Shown here in pieces: positions 1 through 10,652 of a stretch of DNA of 64,000 bases (the first letter of the stretch is position 1; the number at the start of each line of letters is the position of its first letter). Below the pieces are notes generated by a model. The model had not been told where the DNA came from and did no database searches. It saw only the letters and a program-made list of their open reading frames with translations. The position numbers were made by a program, and so were the translations under genes. The stretch spans positions 960,001-1,024,000 of the forward strand of contig CBDCWG010000012.1 of the NCBI GenBank assembly GCA_965223345.1. The letters run 5' to 3'. This DNA comes from Nitrospinales bacterium (lineage in GTDB: Bacteria; Nitrospinota; Nitrospinia; Nitrospinales; VA-1).

Positions 1-621
1 ACCATGCGGGAAAAGTACCGGCAATCGGTGCGCCGGGGAAGCCGCAGCCTGAAAGAATTCGTGCGACGGTTTGAGGAGAGCGGCTGGCACGAAGACACGC
101 TGTTGATGGTGACCGCCGATCACGGAAAAATCCTTTCCAGGGGCAAGATCGAATACGGCTACCACAACGATGAGGAAGTGACGCGCGTGCCGCTGCTGGT
201 GAAATGGAACGGCAAACGGGGCATCGACACCCGGCTGGGCGAAAGCATCGATCTGGCTCAGACCTTCCTCGATTTTTTTCACGTCGATGCCAGGCTCTCG
301 CCCCAAGCGGTTTCTCTGTTGGGAGAGGAAAAGAAAAGCCACGTGACTTCGCTCACCACCTGGTCGCACAAGCGCAAGGAGTGGTTTCTCAACGTTTATG
401 AAGGGGAGCACCGCTATGTGTTCAACCTGTATCCGCAGCACACATCGATCCGGAAAGAAAAAATCCTCGCTCCGTTTAGGACGGCGCCGGTGGAAAATGG
501 CGAAAAGGCGCTGAAGGGTGCTGGGTTTGACCTGGATGGCATCCTGAAATCGTATGGAATCGAGGGAAACCCGGACACTGCGAACGATGTGTGGGCGTTG
601 ATGCGTCCGGGTGAACGATGA
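1..621 (+). CDS. Sulfatase/alkaline-phosphatase superfamily hydrolase or transferase, C-terminal part (probably begins before the window)
   Basis: DTLLMVTADHG and 'RVPLLVK' motifs typical of the sulfatase-like fold; frame open from base 1; stop overlaps next ATG. Confidence 0.7.
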   Translation, partial: TMREKYRQSVRRGSRSLKEFVRRFEESGWHEDTLLMVTADHGKILSRGKIEYGYHNDEEVTRVPLLVKWNGKRGIDTRLGESIDLAQTFLDFFHVDARLSPQAVSLLGEEKKSHVTSLTTWSHKRKEWFLNVYEGEHRYVFNLYPQHTSIRKEKILAPFRTAPVENGEKALKGAGFDLDGILKSYGIEGNPDTANDVWALMRPGER

Positions 622-2396
622 TGGAAAAAATCGGCAATGTGAAATTCATGTTGCGCTCGCAGGCCCCCTTTCTGGGGTTTTACGGCGCGTTGGCTTTTCT
701 CGTATATTTTGCTTCCCTGGGTGGCCAGTTTTTATTCGACGATTCGGTCTATGTTCTTCAAAACCATTTGATCAAGAATTTCGATTTGCCCGGCCTCCGG
801 GAAATCTTCAGTTCCTTTTATAAATGGGATTACCTGCCTCTCACCTTTCTGTCTTTGAGTTTCGATTATTTTTTGTTCGGCCTCAACCCCACGGGATACC
901 ATGTCACCAACACTCTTCTGCACATCGGCAATGTGTTTCTGGTGCACCTGATCGCATTCGAATTGTGCCGCTCCCGTTTTGTGGCGGTGGGAACGGCGCT
1001 GTTGTTTCTGGTGCATCCCGTGCACGTCGAAAGCGTGGCGTGGATCTCCGAAAGAAAAAATGTTCTGTCATTCTTTTTTTTATTCCTTTCGCTTTACAGC
1101 TATCTGAAGCTGGAACGCCGCGCTCTTTCGCTGGTTTGTTTCATCCTGGCGTGTCTGTCCAAGTCCTCGGTGGTGATCTTCCCGCTGCTGCTGGTCCTGT
1201 ACGAGCTCTCGTTTGGAAAAAAGAAATTGTTCGCCGCCGGGTTCCGCACGTTGCCTTATCACCTGATCGCTGCGGCCTTTGTCGGGGTCACACTGCTCAC
1301 GCATTCGCTTCACGGGACCATTCAACCGCATCCCGGGGGCAGTCCGTGGAACACGCTGTTCAGCATGCTCGTGGTCTATAAGGAATACTTGAAAACCCTG
1401 CTGCTGCCGGTGAATCTGAATGTGTGGTATCCCAACCGCGTGCACACCTCTCTGCTGCAACCGGAGGTGCTGGTGTCCGGCATCGTGCTCGGGGTTTATC
1501 TGTTTTGCACGGCGCTCAGTTACCGCAAAGACAAGAGAGTGTTTTTCGGTCTGGCCTGGTTCGCCGTGTCCCTGTTGCCCGTTTCCCATATCGTTCCGAT
1601 CCCGCAGATGATGGCCGACCGCTTTCTTTATATCCCTTCGTTCGGATTGTTTCTGGTGATTTCATTGGGGGTTCACCTCCTTTGGCAGCGGCGCGTGGTG
1701 GCTCAGAACGTGCTGGCTTTCAGCGTGTGCGGTGTGCTGCTGGTTCTTTGCGCCCTGAGTCTTCACCGCATTCCCGTGTTTGCCGACGATCTCACGTTGT
1801 GGCAGGACAGTGTGGCCAAAAATGAGAACAACACCCATGCTCAGATGCATCTCGGGTTTTCCTATCTGAATGCGGGTGAAACCGAACCGGCTCTGGCGGC
1901 GCTTGCGCGTGCGGTCGCCATCGAACCGGACAATGCCAAGGCCATGCGCATTGCCGCTCTCATCCACGAGAGGAATCAGCAGCACGACAAGGCGGAGGCG
2001 GTGTACCGCAGGCTGATCGCAATGAACCCGGAAAAACCCGGCCCGTACACCTCGTTGGGCATTCTCAAGGGCAATCAGGGAGAGCTTGAAGAAGCGCTCG
2101 CTTTGTTCGACAGGGCGCTGTCGCTCGATCCGGATTTTGCCCTGGCTCATTTCAACCGCGGCGTGTTTCATTTTCAAGCCGGCCGGCGGCGGTTGGCGTT
2201 CAACGGCTATCGCAAGGCGGCGCAGCTCAGACCCGACAGCGCGCCGTTTCAATACCAGCTGGGGATGTTTTACGTCAAAGTCCTGAGTGAGCCCGAACTC
2301 GGCAGGCGGCACCTTGCGCGCAGTTTGCGGTTGAATCCCGATCAGCCCAACGCGATGGCCCTGCGTGCGATGCTGCAGGGCACGGCCGTGCATTGA
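618..2396 (+). CDS. TMTC-like membrane GT-C glycosyltransferase with C-terminal TPR repeats
   Basis: N-terminal 'FLFDD' luminal motif, 'HPVHVESVAWISERK', 'ADRFLYIPS', many TM helices, TPR repeats in last ~190 aa. Confidence 0.8.
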   Translation: MMEKIGNVKFMLRSQAPFLGFYGALAFLVYFASLGGQFLFDDSVYVLQNHLIKNFDLPGLREIFSSFYKWDYLPLTFLSLSFDYFLFGLNPTGYHVTNTLLHIGNVFLVHLIAFELCRSRFVAVGTALLFLVHPVHVESVAWISERKNVLSFFFLFLSLYSYLKLERRALSLVCFILACLSKSSVVIFPLLLVLYELSFGKKKLFAAGFRTLPYHLIAAAFVGVTLLTHSLHGTIQPHPGGSPWNTLFSMLVVYKEYLKTLLLPVNLNVWYPNRVHTSLLQPEVLVSGIVLGVYLFCTALSYRKDKRVFFGLAWFAVSLLPVSHIVPIPQMMADRFLYIPSFGLFLVISLGVHLLWQRRVVAQNVLAFSVCGVLLVLCALSLHRIPVFADDLTLWQDSVAKNENNTHAQMHLGFSYLNAGETEPALAALARAVAIEPDNAKAMRIAALIHERNQQHDKAEAVYRRLIAMNPEKPGPYTSLGILKGNQGELEEALALFDRALSLDPDFALAHFNRGVFHFQAGRRRLAFNGYRKAAQLRPDSAPFQYQLGMFYVKVLSEPELGRRHLARSLRLNPDQPNAMALRAMLQGTAVH

Positions 2397-2417
2397 ACGG
2401 CCGCCTGCGCAACCGTT

Positions 2418-3395
2418 TTAAATCGCTCCGGTGGTGCGGTAAAACGGATCGCGGGTGTCGAAGCGGTGCAGCCCGAACGACCGGGCGACCGTGTGGGCCT
2501 GCTTAAGCTCCTGCGAGGAAGGGCGGCGGTTGATCTCGGCGTACTTTTCCGGGCTCACTTTCCAGGCCGGGCGGTATTGATCCATGATGTTGATGTAGGT
2601 GTCGCGCGAGATCTCCTCGGCCAGAAAACGGCTGATGTGGGTGAAATCGGGGGAGCCGGGCATCACCAGATGCCGCACCAGCAGCCCGCGTTTCGCGAGG
2701 CCGTTTTCGTCGAGAACGAGGTCCCCGACCTGCCGGTGCATCTCACGGATGACGGTGCGGGCGGCCTCGGGATAGTCTTTGGCTTTGAGGTAGGTTTTGG
2801 ATCGCTCCGCATCCCAGTATTTGAAGTCGGGCATGAAGATGTCCACCACGTCCTCCATCATGCGCATGCTGTCCATCGAGTCGTAAGCGCCGGTGTTGTA
2901 TACGAGCGGCAGCCGCAGTCCCATTTCGACCGCCAGCGGCAGCGCTTCGAGGATCTGCGGCACCACGTGTTCGGGGGTCACGAAATTGATATTGTGGCAG
3001 CCTCTGTCCTGCAGGTGCATCATCATCTGGGCCAGCGCTTCGGGACCGGCCTCCTGGCCTTCACCCTCCTGGCTGATGTCGCAGTTCTGGCAGAAGACGC
3101 ATTTGAGGTTGCACATGGAGAAGAAGATGGTGCCGCTGCCGTTGATACCGCGCAGGCAATCCTCTTCACCAAAATGCGGGAAAAAACTGGAAACGATGGC
3201 GTGCCGCCCGCTCTGGCACACGGCTTTTTCATCGGACAGCCGGTCCACCTCGCAGTCTCGCGGGCAGACTTTGCAGTCGGCGAGTTTGCGCAGGGCCTGG
3301 CGCGAGCGTCGAAACAGTTCGCCGGTTTTGTGCAGTTTCAGGTAGGCCGGTTCGAACTCTTCGGACCGGATGCGGAACGGTTCTTGTTGCGGCAT
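2418..3395 (-). CDS. Radical SAM protein (PflX-like, putative PFL-activating-enzyme family)
   Basis: CxxxCxxC 'CNLKCVFCQN', N-terminal 'CKVCPRDC', 'HFGEE', 'GCHNINFVTP', 'RHLVMP'. Confidence 0.85.
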   Translation of the reverse strand: MPQQEPFRIRSEEFEPAYLKLHKTGELFRRSRQALRKLADCKVCPRDCEVDRLSDEKAVCQSGRHAIVSSFFPHFGEEDCLRGINGSGTIFFSMCNLKCVFCQNCDISQEGEGQEAGPEALAQMMMHLQDRGCHNINFVTPEHVVPQILEALPLAVEMGLRLPLVYNTGAYDSMDSMRMMEDVVDIFMPDFKYWDAERSKTYLKAKDYPEAARTVIREMHRQVGDLVLDENGLAKRGLLVRHLVMPGSPDFTHISRFLAEEISRDTYINIMDQYRPAWKVSPEKYAEINRRPSSQELKQAHTVARSFGLHRFDTRDPFYRTTGAI

Positions 3396-3753
3396 GGCGC
3401 GCTCCCATTATCGGGGGTTCTTCAGGGAAAATAACCTTCCCTGTGGTAAAGAGCAACCCCCAACCGGGGCCTGCGAGCGGGAAGGGCCGCTATCCGGCCG
3501 CCGAAACAGCGGGTTTGCCGTGTCGCTGGAATGCGATCGCCGGTTTTTTTCCGCGGGCGGCCCATCCGGCGCGGTGTCTCCCGAGGCTTCCCGAGCGCGG
3601 GTTTCACCGGCTGCATGCGGGAAGAGAAACCTTAAAGGCAGAAAGGATTTTCTGCTTTTCTGCGCGGTCTGAGACGCGACCGTGCGGGCACAGGCCGGCC
3701 TGAGGCGACGGGTCAGGCAAGTGGTCGGAAAAGGAGCAGGGAAAAGAAAAAAG

Positions 3754-3782
3754 TTGACAAATAAAATCATACTGGCTAGAGT
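3754..3782 (+). promoter_or_regulatory. Sigma70-type promoter of the rho operon
   Basis: TTGACA (3754-3759), 17 bp spacer, TAGAGT (3777-3782), A-rich UP element upstream. Confidence 0.7.
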
Positions 3783-3983
3783 GGATATTGATCTCCAAAG
3801 CTCCCATTAAAACCCCGAATCCAGTCAAGCAATCCGGCTTTTTCTACGCTCCTTTGATAGAACATTTCTATTCGATATAAATCAAACAAACTCTATTGAA
3901 TCCTTTTTTGCCCTCTATCCGGAAGATCGGCCCATAACCCCAGACAACACACAACCCAACCCACCTCAAAGAGACTAAGACTT

Positions 3984-5243
3984 ATGAATCAGATGAACAT
4001 AGAAGAATTGAAATCCAAAACCATCTCCGAGCTGACCAACATCGCCAAGGAACTCAAGATCCAGGGGCACAGCGGTCTCAGGAAGCAGGACCTGATCTTC
4101 AAGATCCTCGAAGCGAAAACGGAAAAGGATGGATTGATGTTCGGACAGGGTGTCCTGGAGATCCTGCCCGACGGATTTGGTTTTCTTCGCGCCCCCACAT
4201 ACAACTATCTGCCGGGTCCCGACGACATCTACGTCTCTCCGTCGCAGATCCGCAAGTTCGACATGCGCACCGGCGACACGATTTCCGGACAGATCCGGCC
4301 GCCCAAGGACAGCGAACGGTATTTCGCCCTGCTCAAGGTCGAGGCCATCAACTTTGAAAACCCGGATAAGACTAAAGACAAGATCCTGTTCGACAACCTG
4401 ACGCCTCTGTACCCCGAGGAACGGCTGCGGCTGGAGACTCCGAACGGCACGGACTACAGCGCGCGCATCATGGACCTCATGACGCCGATCGGAAAAGGTC
4501 AGCGCGGATTGATCGTGGCGCCGCCGCGAACGGGTAAGACCATGCTGCTGCAATCGATCGCCAACAGCATCAGCACCAATTATCCGGAAGTGGTCCTCAT
4601 CGTGCTTCTGATCGACGAACGTCCGGAAGAGGTGACGGACATGGAGCGTTCGGTCAAGGGTGAGGTCATCAGCTCCACGTTCGACGAGCCGGCGCAGCGC
4701 CACGTTCAGGTTGCCGAAATGGTGATCGAAAAGGCGAAACGCCTGGTGGAGCATCAGAAAGACGTGGTGATCCTGCTGGACAGCATCACGCGTCTGGCGC
4801 GCGCCTACAACGCCATCGTGCCGCCGAGCGGCAAGGTGCTTTCCGGCGGTGTCGATTCCAATGCCCTGCAGCGGCCCAAGCGGTTTTTCGGTGCGGCGCG
4901 CAACCTGGAAGAGGGCGGCAGCCTGACGATCATCGCCACGGCCCTGATCGATACGGGAAGCCGGATGGACGACGTGATTTTCGAGGAATTCAAGGGAACC
5001 GGCAACCTGGAAATCGTGCTCGACCGCAAACTGGCCGACAAACGCACCTTTCCTTCCATCGATATCAACCGTTCCGGAACCCGGAAGGAAGAGCTGCTCA
5101 TGCCGCCCGAGGATCTGCAGCGGGTCTGGCTGCTCAGAAAAGTTTTACTCCCAATGGGCATCAATGATACGATGGACCTTCTTCTGCAGAAAATCAAAGA
5201 ATCCAAGACCAATTCCGAGTTCCTGGCGACCATGAACTCCTGA
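3984..5243 (+). CDS. rho: Transcription termination factor Rho
   Basis: 'GFGFLR', '[11 protein letters not shown]', Walker A 'PPRTGKT', 'FEEFKGTGN'. Confidence 0.99.
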   Translation: MNQMNIEELKSKTISELTNIAKELKIQGHSGLRKQDLIFKILEAKTEKDGLMFGQGVLEILPDGFGFLRAPTYNYLPGPDDIYVSPSQIRKFDMRTGDTISGQIRPPKDSERYFALLKVEAINFENPDKTKDKILFDNLTPLYPEERLRLETPNGTDYSARIMDLMTPIGKGQRGLIVAPPRTGKTMLLQSIANSISTNYPEVVLIVLLIDERPEEVTDMERSVKGEVISSTFDEPAQRHVQVAEMVIEKAKRLVEHQKDVVILLDSITRLARAYNAIVPPSGKVLSGGVDSNALQRPKRFFGAARNLEEGGSLTIIATALIDTGSRMDDVIFEEFKGTGNLEIVLDRKLADKRTFPSIDINRSGTRKEELLMPPEDLQRVWLLRKVLLPMGINDTMDLLLQKIKESKTNSEFLATMNS

Positions 5244-5264
5244 TTCGAAGGCACGAGGTCACAC

Positions 5265-5498
5265 ATGAAAGCCGAAATCCATCCTGAATATTTTGAAACC
5301 ACCGTTCGGTGCGCCTGCGGGCACGAAGTGACGACCAGTGCCACGGTCAAGGACATGCACGTGGAAATCTGTTCGAACTGCCACCCGTTTTACACTGGCA
5401 AACAGAAGCTGATCGACACCGCCGGCCGGATCGAAAAATTCAACCGCAAGTATAAAAAAAGCGCCGACAGCAAGCAGGAAACCCCCACTCCCCAGTAG
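5265..5498 (+). CDS. rpmE: 50S ribosomal protein L31, Zn-binding form
   Basis: 'MKAEIHPEY', CAC...[10 protein letters not shown]. Confidence 0.99.
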   Translation: MKAEIHPEYFETTVRCACGHEVTTSATVKDMHVEICSNCHPFYTGKQKLIDTAGRIEKFNRKYKKSADSKQETPTPQ

Positions 5499-5596
5499 CT
5501 TCCTCCCATTGCGGGCCGGAGGCCGCCTGGTTTCTATTCTCCGCACGCAGTGTGTTCTCTTGATCACACCATCCCTTTCCTTCCCAGAGCGGACCC

Positions 5597-6703
5597 ATGT
5601 TTGAGAAGCTGGAATCGATCGAAAAACGCCACGACCAACTCAACGAGCTGTTGAGCGATCCGAAGATCATCGCCCAGCAGTCCGAATATCAGAAGTACGC
5701 CCGCGAGCAGGCGGAGATCGCACCGATCGTGCAGGAAGCGAAGGAACTCAAACGCATTCTCCGGCAGCAGGAGGAAAACGAGCAGATCCTGGCTGAGGAA
5801 AGCGATGCCGAACTTCTGGAGCTGGCGAAAGAAGAGCTGAGCGGGCTCAAGCGGCAACGCGAGGAAGCGGAGGCCAGTCTCAAACGGCTGCTTTTGCCCA
5901 AGGATCCGCGCGACAGCAAAAACGTCATTCTGGAAATCCGAGCGGGCACCGGCGGCGAGGAAGCGGCGCTGTTTTCCAGCGATCTGTTCCGCATGTACAC
6001 CCGTTATGCGGAGGCCAAACAATGGAACTTTGAAATCTTAAGTTCCAACGAGACCGGCAAGGGCGGGTTCAAGGAGGTCATCGCCAGCATCAACGGCAAA
6101 GGCGTGTTCAGCCGGTTGAAATACGAAAGCGGCACCCACCGGGTGCAGCGGGTGCCCGAAACGGAGACCCAGGGTCGCGTGCACACCTCCGCGGTGACCG
6201 TCGCCATCCTGCCGCAGGTCGAGGACGTGGACATCCAGGTCAATCCGGTGGATTTGAAAATCGATGTGTTCCGCTCCTCCGGCCCCGGCGGCCAGAGCGT
6301 GAACACCACCGATTCCGCCGTGCGCATCACCCACGTGCCTACAGGCGTGGTGGTCACCTGCCAGGACGAAAAATCCCAGCACAAGAACAAGGAAAAAGCC
6401 ATGAAGGTGCTGCGCGCCCGCCTGTACGACGAAGAGCAGAGAAAGCAGCAGGCAGAGCAGGCGCGCGACCGCAAGCAGCAGGTGGGCAGCGGCGACCGCA
6501 GCGAACGCATCCGCACCTACAATTTTCCGCAGGAACGCATCACCGACCACCGCATTGGACTCACGCTGCACAAACTGACCCAGGTTCTGGAGGGAGACCT
6601 CGACACGATCCTCGATGCGCTGACGCTGCATTTTCAAACGGAGGCGTTGAAGGCAAACCCTGAGGACTCGCAGCAGAACAATTCGGAGACGGTGACTGCC
6701 TGA
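5597..6703 (+). CDS. prfA: Peptide chain release factor 1
   Basis: GGQ motif, PET (PxT) motif, '[12 protein letters not shown]'. Confidence 0.99.
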   Translation: MFEKLESIEKRHDQLNELLSDPKIIAQQSEYQKYAREQAEIAPIVQEAKELKRILRQQEENEQILAEESDAELLELAKEELSGLKRQREEAEASLKRLLLPKDPRDSKNVILEIRAGTGGEEAALFSSDLFRMYTRYAEAKQWNFEILSSNETGKGGFKEVIASINGKGVFSRLKYESGTHRVQRVPETETQGRVHTSAVTVAILPQVEDVDIQVNPVDLKIDVFRSSGPGGQSVNTTDSAVRITHVPTGVVVTCQDEKSQHKNKEKAMKVLRARLYDEEQRKQQAEQARDRKQQVGSGDRSERIRTYNFPQERITDHRIGLTLHKLTQVLEGDLDTILDALTLHFQTEALKANPEDSQQNNSETVTA

Positions 6704-6764
6704 AACGCGGTCTCTTGTTTTTGCGAGAAACGGTTTTTTCGTTCGATGAAGGGAGAATTTTCTT

Positions 6765-7661
6765 GTGAAAGCGGTTTTATCTCGAGACAATCCGGTGCAG
6801 ACGGTGCGCGCGTTTCTCGACTGGGCGGCGGAGGCACTCGCCCCTTGCGGGACATCCTCTTCCCGGCTGGATGCGGAACTGCTATTGGCCGGTGCGCTCG
6901 GCATTTCGCGCGAAGCGATTCACATGCATCCCGGGAGACGTCTCAATTCTGAAGAACGGCGCGTGAGCGCCGCGTTGATCGAACGCCGCGTTCGCTGCGA
7001 ACCGGTGGCCTACATTCTGGGGCAGAAGGAATTCATGGGAATGGATTTTGCCGTCGATGCGGATGTCCTCATTCCGCGCTGGGAGACGGAGTTGCTGTTA
7101 GAGCGTTTCGAGCAATGGCTCGCCGCCACATCGTTTCCCGTCCCCCTGCGTTTGCTGGATCTGGGGACCGGTTCCGGAAACATCGCGGTGTGTCTTGCCA
7201 GACAATATCCTGAGAGCCGGATCACCGCGGTGGATGTCTGCGAGAAAGCTCTGACTGTGGCGCGCAACAACGCGGAGCGGCACGGCGTCGCCGAACGCAT
7301 CCGGTTTGTGCTCAGCGACTGGTTTGCAGACGTTGAGGGCGAGTACCATGCGATCCTGTGCAACCCGCCGTACATCGATACACAGCGGATGCAAACGTTG
7401 ATGCCGGATGTGCAGGATCACGAGCCCGCGCGGGCGCTGGATGGCGGGCCACAGGGGCTCGATGCATACCGCCGCCTGATACCCGATGCGCATTCGAAAC
7501 TGGTTGCGGGCGGCGGGTTGTTTTTCGAGATCGGCGAGGATCAGGCGCAGCCGGTTGCTTCGCTGATCGAATCGCACGGCGGCTACACTACGCCGCAAGT
7601 GATTGAAGACCTCAGCGGCTGCGACCGCGTCGTGTGCACGCAAAGGCGAAACGATGGATAA
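6765..7661 (+). CDS. prmC: Release factor glutamine methyltransferase
   Basis: 'LDLGTGSG', 'NPPY', 'VLIPR.ETE'; directly after prfA. Confidence 0.97.
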   Translation: MKAVLSRDNPVQTVRAFLDWAAEALAPCGTSSSRLDAELLLAGALGISREAIHMHPGRRLNSEERRVSAALIERRVRCEPVAYILGQKEFMGMDFAVDADVLIPRWETELLLERFEQWLAATSFPVPLRLLDLGTGSGNIAVCLARQYPESRITAVDVCEKALTVARNNAERHGVAERIRFVLSDWFADVEGEYHAILCNPPYIDTQRMQTLMPDVQDHEPARALDGGPQGLDAYRRLIPDAHSKLVAGGGLFFEIGEDQAQPVASLIESHGGYTTPQVIEDLSGCDRVVCTQRRNDG

Positions 7662-8913
7662 ACTCTGGATCGAAGGCGGCCGCAGGCTTGAGGGACGGGT
7701 TTCGGTGAGCGGCGCGAAAAACGCCGCGCTGCCGCTGCTCGCGGCGACGCTGTTGACCGCCGGCAAGAACGAGATCACGGGGCTCCCGCAGGTGCGGGAT
7801 GTCCGCACGATGGTGCGTCTGTTGAGCGTGCTCGGCGCGCGGGTGGATTTTTTCGAGGGCGACCGCATCGTGCTCGACACCTCCGATGTCCACAATCACG
7901 AAGCGCCTTACGAACTGGTTTCCACCATGCGGGCCTCCTGCCTGGTGCTCGGGCCGCTTCTGGCGCGGCTGGGGCGCGCCCGCGTGTCGCTTCCCGGCGG
8001 CTGCGCCATCGGTGCCCGGCCGATGGATCTGCACATCAAGGGGCTGGAAGCGCTGGGGGCGGAGATCTCACTCGAGCAGGGCTACATGGACGGCAGCGCG
8101 AAGCGCATGCGGGGCAGCCACGTCTATTTCGACACGGTCACGGTCACCGGCACCATGAACCTGATGATGGCGGCGGCGCTCACCGAAGGGGAAACGCTGC
8201 TCGAGAACGCGGCGAAGGAGCCGGAAGTGGTGTTCCTGGCGGACACGTTGAACCGCTGCGGCGCCAAGATCGAAGGCCACGGCACCGATGTGATCATGGT
8301 GCAGGGCGTCTCCGGTCTCAAGCCGATCGAAAGCCGGGTGTTTCCCGACCGCATCGAAGCGGGGACCTACATCATGGCGGCGGCGATCACCGGCGGCGAG
8401 GTGGAGATCGACAACTGCGTTCCCCAGCACCTGGAAGCGGCGATCCACAAACTGCAGCAGGCGGGCGTGCAGATCGAATCCGACGGCGCGCGTCTGCACG
8501 TGCGGTCACCGCAAAGGCTCAAGGGGGTGAACATCAAGACGCAGCCGCACCCCGGTTTTCCGACCGATCTTCAGGCGCAGTACATGGGGCTGATGACGGT
8601 GGCCGAAGGACAGAGCATCATCGTGGAAAACGTTTTCGAGAACCGGTTCATGCACGCGGCGGAAATGCGCCGCATGGGCGCGAACATCACCATCGACGGG
8701 CACACCGCCATCGTCAGCGGCGTTCCCTGGTTGAGCGGCGCTCCCCTGATGGCGACGGATCTTCGGGCCAGTGCGTCGCTCGTGCTGACCGCGCTGGCGG
8801 CGAAGGGGACCTCGCAGATTTCCAGGGTGTACCACATCGACCGGGGCTACGAAGCCATGGAAGAGAAACTGTCCCGGCTCGGTGCTCACATCCGCAGGCT
8901 CAAGGAATCCTGA
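7654..8913 (+). CDS. murA: UDP-N-acetylglucosamine 1-carboxyvinyltransferase
   Basis: 'GAKNAALP', 'LPGGCAIGARP', 'DRIEAGT', 'PGFPTDLQ'; ATG 7654 overlaps prmC stop. Confidence 0.98.
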   Translation: MDKLWIEGGRRLEGRVSVSGAKNAALPLLAATLLTAGKNEITGLPQVRDVRTMVRLLSVLGARVDFFEGDRIVLDTSDVHNHEAPYELVSTMRASCLVLGPLLARLGRARVSLPGGCAIGARPMDLHIKGLEALGAEISLEQGYMDGSAKRMRGSHVYFDTVTVTGTMNLMMAAALTEGETLLENAAKEPEVVFLADTLNRCGAKIEGHGTDVIMVQGVSGLKPIESRVFPDRIEAGTYIMAAAITGGEVEIDNCVPQHLEAAIHKLQQAGVQIESDGARLHVRSPQRLKGVNIKTQPHPGFPTDLQAQYMGLMTVAEGQSIIVENVFENRFMHAAEMRRMGANITIDGHTAIVSGVPWLSGAPLMATDLRASASLVLTALAAKGTSQISRVYHIDRGYEAMEEKLSRLGAHIRRLKES

Positions 8914-8918
8914 ACCCC

Positions 8919-10028
8919 ATGACACCACCTTCCGAGACCCCTCTGCACGAAAAAGATCTCCACAATATTTTGTTGTGGATGCCCAACTGGATCGGCGACG
9001 TGGTCCTGACGATTCCCTCCCTGCAGTCACTGCGCAAAAAATTTCCGCATTCGCGCATCACCGTCGTGGCGAAATCCCCGGCGGACGAACTGTTGTCGGG
9101 CCACCCGGCGGTGGACACGATGATCTCGCTGCCGTTCCGGCCGAAGGAGAGTTTCCTGAGCGCGGTGCGGTTCGCCTGGAACCTGCGCAAGTACCAGTTC
9201 GACCTCGGCGTGGTGCTGCCCAACTCGCTGCGCTCGGCGATGCTTTTATGCCTGGCGGGCGCCAAGCACCGTTTGGGCTACAACACCGACGGGCGCGAGA
9301 TCTTTCTCACGCACCCGCTTTCCGTCAGCTCGAAGCAGAAACGCAGCGAGTACCGGGTGGATTATTTTTTCAATATTTTCGCGCCGCTCAAACTCGATGC
9401 ACCGGAAAAAGAGTTCGCGCCTTTGAACCCGGAAAAAACCGATCAGGAGGTGGATGGGTTTTTGTCCGAGATGGAAGTGCGGCCCGGCGATGCGTTGATC
9501 GCGGTGCATCCGGGCACCTCGAAACCGGAGCGGGGCTGGCACACCGACCGTTTCGCCATCCTGTGTCAGAAGCTGGCGAAAGAGCGGCGCGTGAAGATCG
9601 TGCTTTTGGGGACCCCTGCCGAAGAGGTGTTGTTGAAGAAAATCCACCGCAACTGCCCGGAAGGCGTGGCGCACCTTCTTCCCGCCATGAACCTTCGCGA
9701 GATCGCGGCGTTGATCCAGCGCTGCCAACTGTTCATCGGCAACGACAGCGGCATGATGCACGTGGCGGCGATGGTGAAGACACCGGTGGTGGGCATCTTC
9801 GGCCCGGGCAGCCCGCAGACTTCCGGGCCGTACATGGACGCCGAATGGCAGGAGATCGTCACAAAGTCGTACCATTGCTCGCCGTGCCGGCAGCGGTTTT
9901 TCAAGGAGTGCAAACCCTCGCCGCATTACAAGCCCTATTGTCTGGAAGACATCAGCGTCAAGGACGTGTCCGAAGCGGTGGAGCGGCTGCTGCAGCGGGT
10001 GAAAAAAAGCGAATTCGCCAACCGTTGA
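8919..10028 (+). CDS. waaF: LPS heptosyltransferase II (GT9)
   Basis: 'PNWIGDVV', 'LPNSLRSA', 'NDSGMMHVAA', 'IFGP'. Confidence 0.85.
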   Translation: MTPPSETPLHEKDLHNILLWMPNWIGDVVLTIPSLQSLRKKFPHSRITVVAKSPADELLSGHPAVDTMISLPFRPKESFLSAVRFAWNLRKYQFDLGVVLPNSLRSAMLLCLAGAKHRLGYNTDGREIFLTHPLSVSSKQKRSEYRVDYFFNIFAPLKLDAPEKEFAPLNPEKTDQEVDGFLSEMEVRPGDALIAVHPGTSKPERGWHTDRFAILCQKLAKERRVKIVLLGTPAEEVLLKKIHRNCPEGVAHLLPAMNLREIAALIQRCQLFIGNDSGMMHVAAMVKTPVVGIFGPGSPQTSGPYMDAEWQEIVTKSYHCSPCRQRFFKECKPSPHYKPYCLEDISVKDVSEAVERLLQRVKKSEFANR

Positions 10029-10052
10029 GATTCGCAGGCGGGGGCAGGGGGC

Positions 10053-10475
10053 TTAGGCGGTGGAAGGGCCGGTTTTTTCGTCGTTTTCCCCGGAAAACTT
10101 TTTCACCGCCCAGTAGGGTTCCAGATCGAAATAATTCAGGATCAGCTCTTCTTCAGCGGACGTCACGTTCTGGATGTCCAGGGGCGTCGGGGCGTCCATC
10201 AACGATTCCTTCCGCCAGCGCGTCTTGACCTTTCCCATGTCCACCAGCCTGCACACCTCCACAGGCAGGATCAGGCGTTTCCCGGCGATGTTCAGGGTGC
10301 CGCCCAGGGTGATGACCAGGTAGCGGGAGAGGTAGGTTTCCGGCTCCGCCAGCAGCCCCTCGATGCGCGACAGCACCTCGTCGAATTCGTCGTACAGGTA
10401 ATACCCGACGATGCGGTCCTGTTCCCGGAGTTTGAAAATGTTCTCGGTCAGATGGACCAATTGGCTTTCAGACAT
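10053..10475 (-). CDS. Hypothetical protein
   Basis: 140 aa ORF filling the intergenic gap, normal composition. Confidence 0.65.
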   Translation of the reverse strand: MSESQLVHLTENIFKLREQDRIVGYYLYDEFDEVLSRIEGLLAEPETYLSRYLVITLGGTLNIAGKRLILPVEVCRLVDMGKVKTRWRKESLMDAPTPLDIQNVTSAEEELILNYFDLEPYWAVKKFSGENDEKTGPSTA

Positions 10476-10652
10476 GGTTTTTTCGCATCGAAAAAGGTTG
10501 AATTTTCCCGCATTCCGGCGACGCCCATTATCGCCCTATCTTATTGATTTTATTATAGCATAGCGGCCTTCCCGTTGTTATAATTTATAGATTGACCGAC
10601 CTTTAATTGCGATTTCGCAATCCATTCCCCGAACGAATCCGGAGGAGACCTT

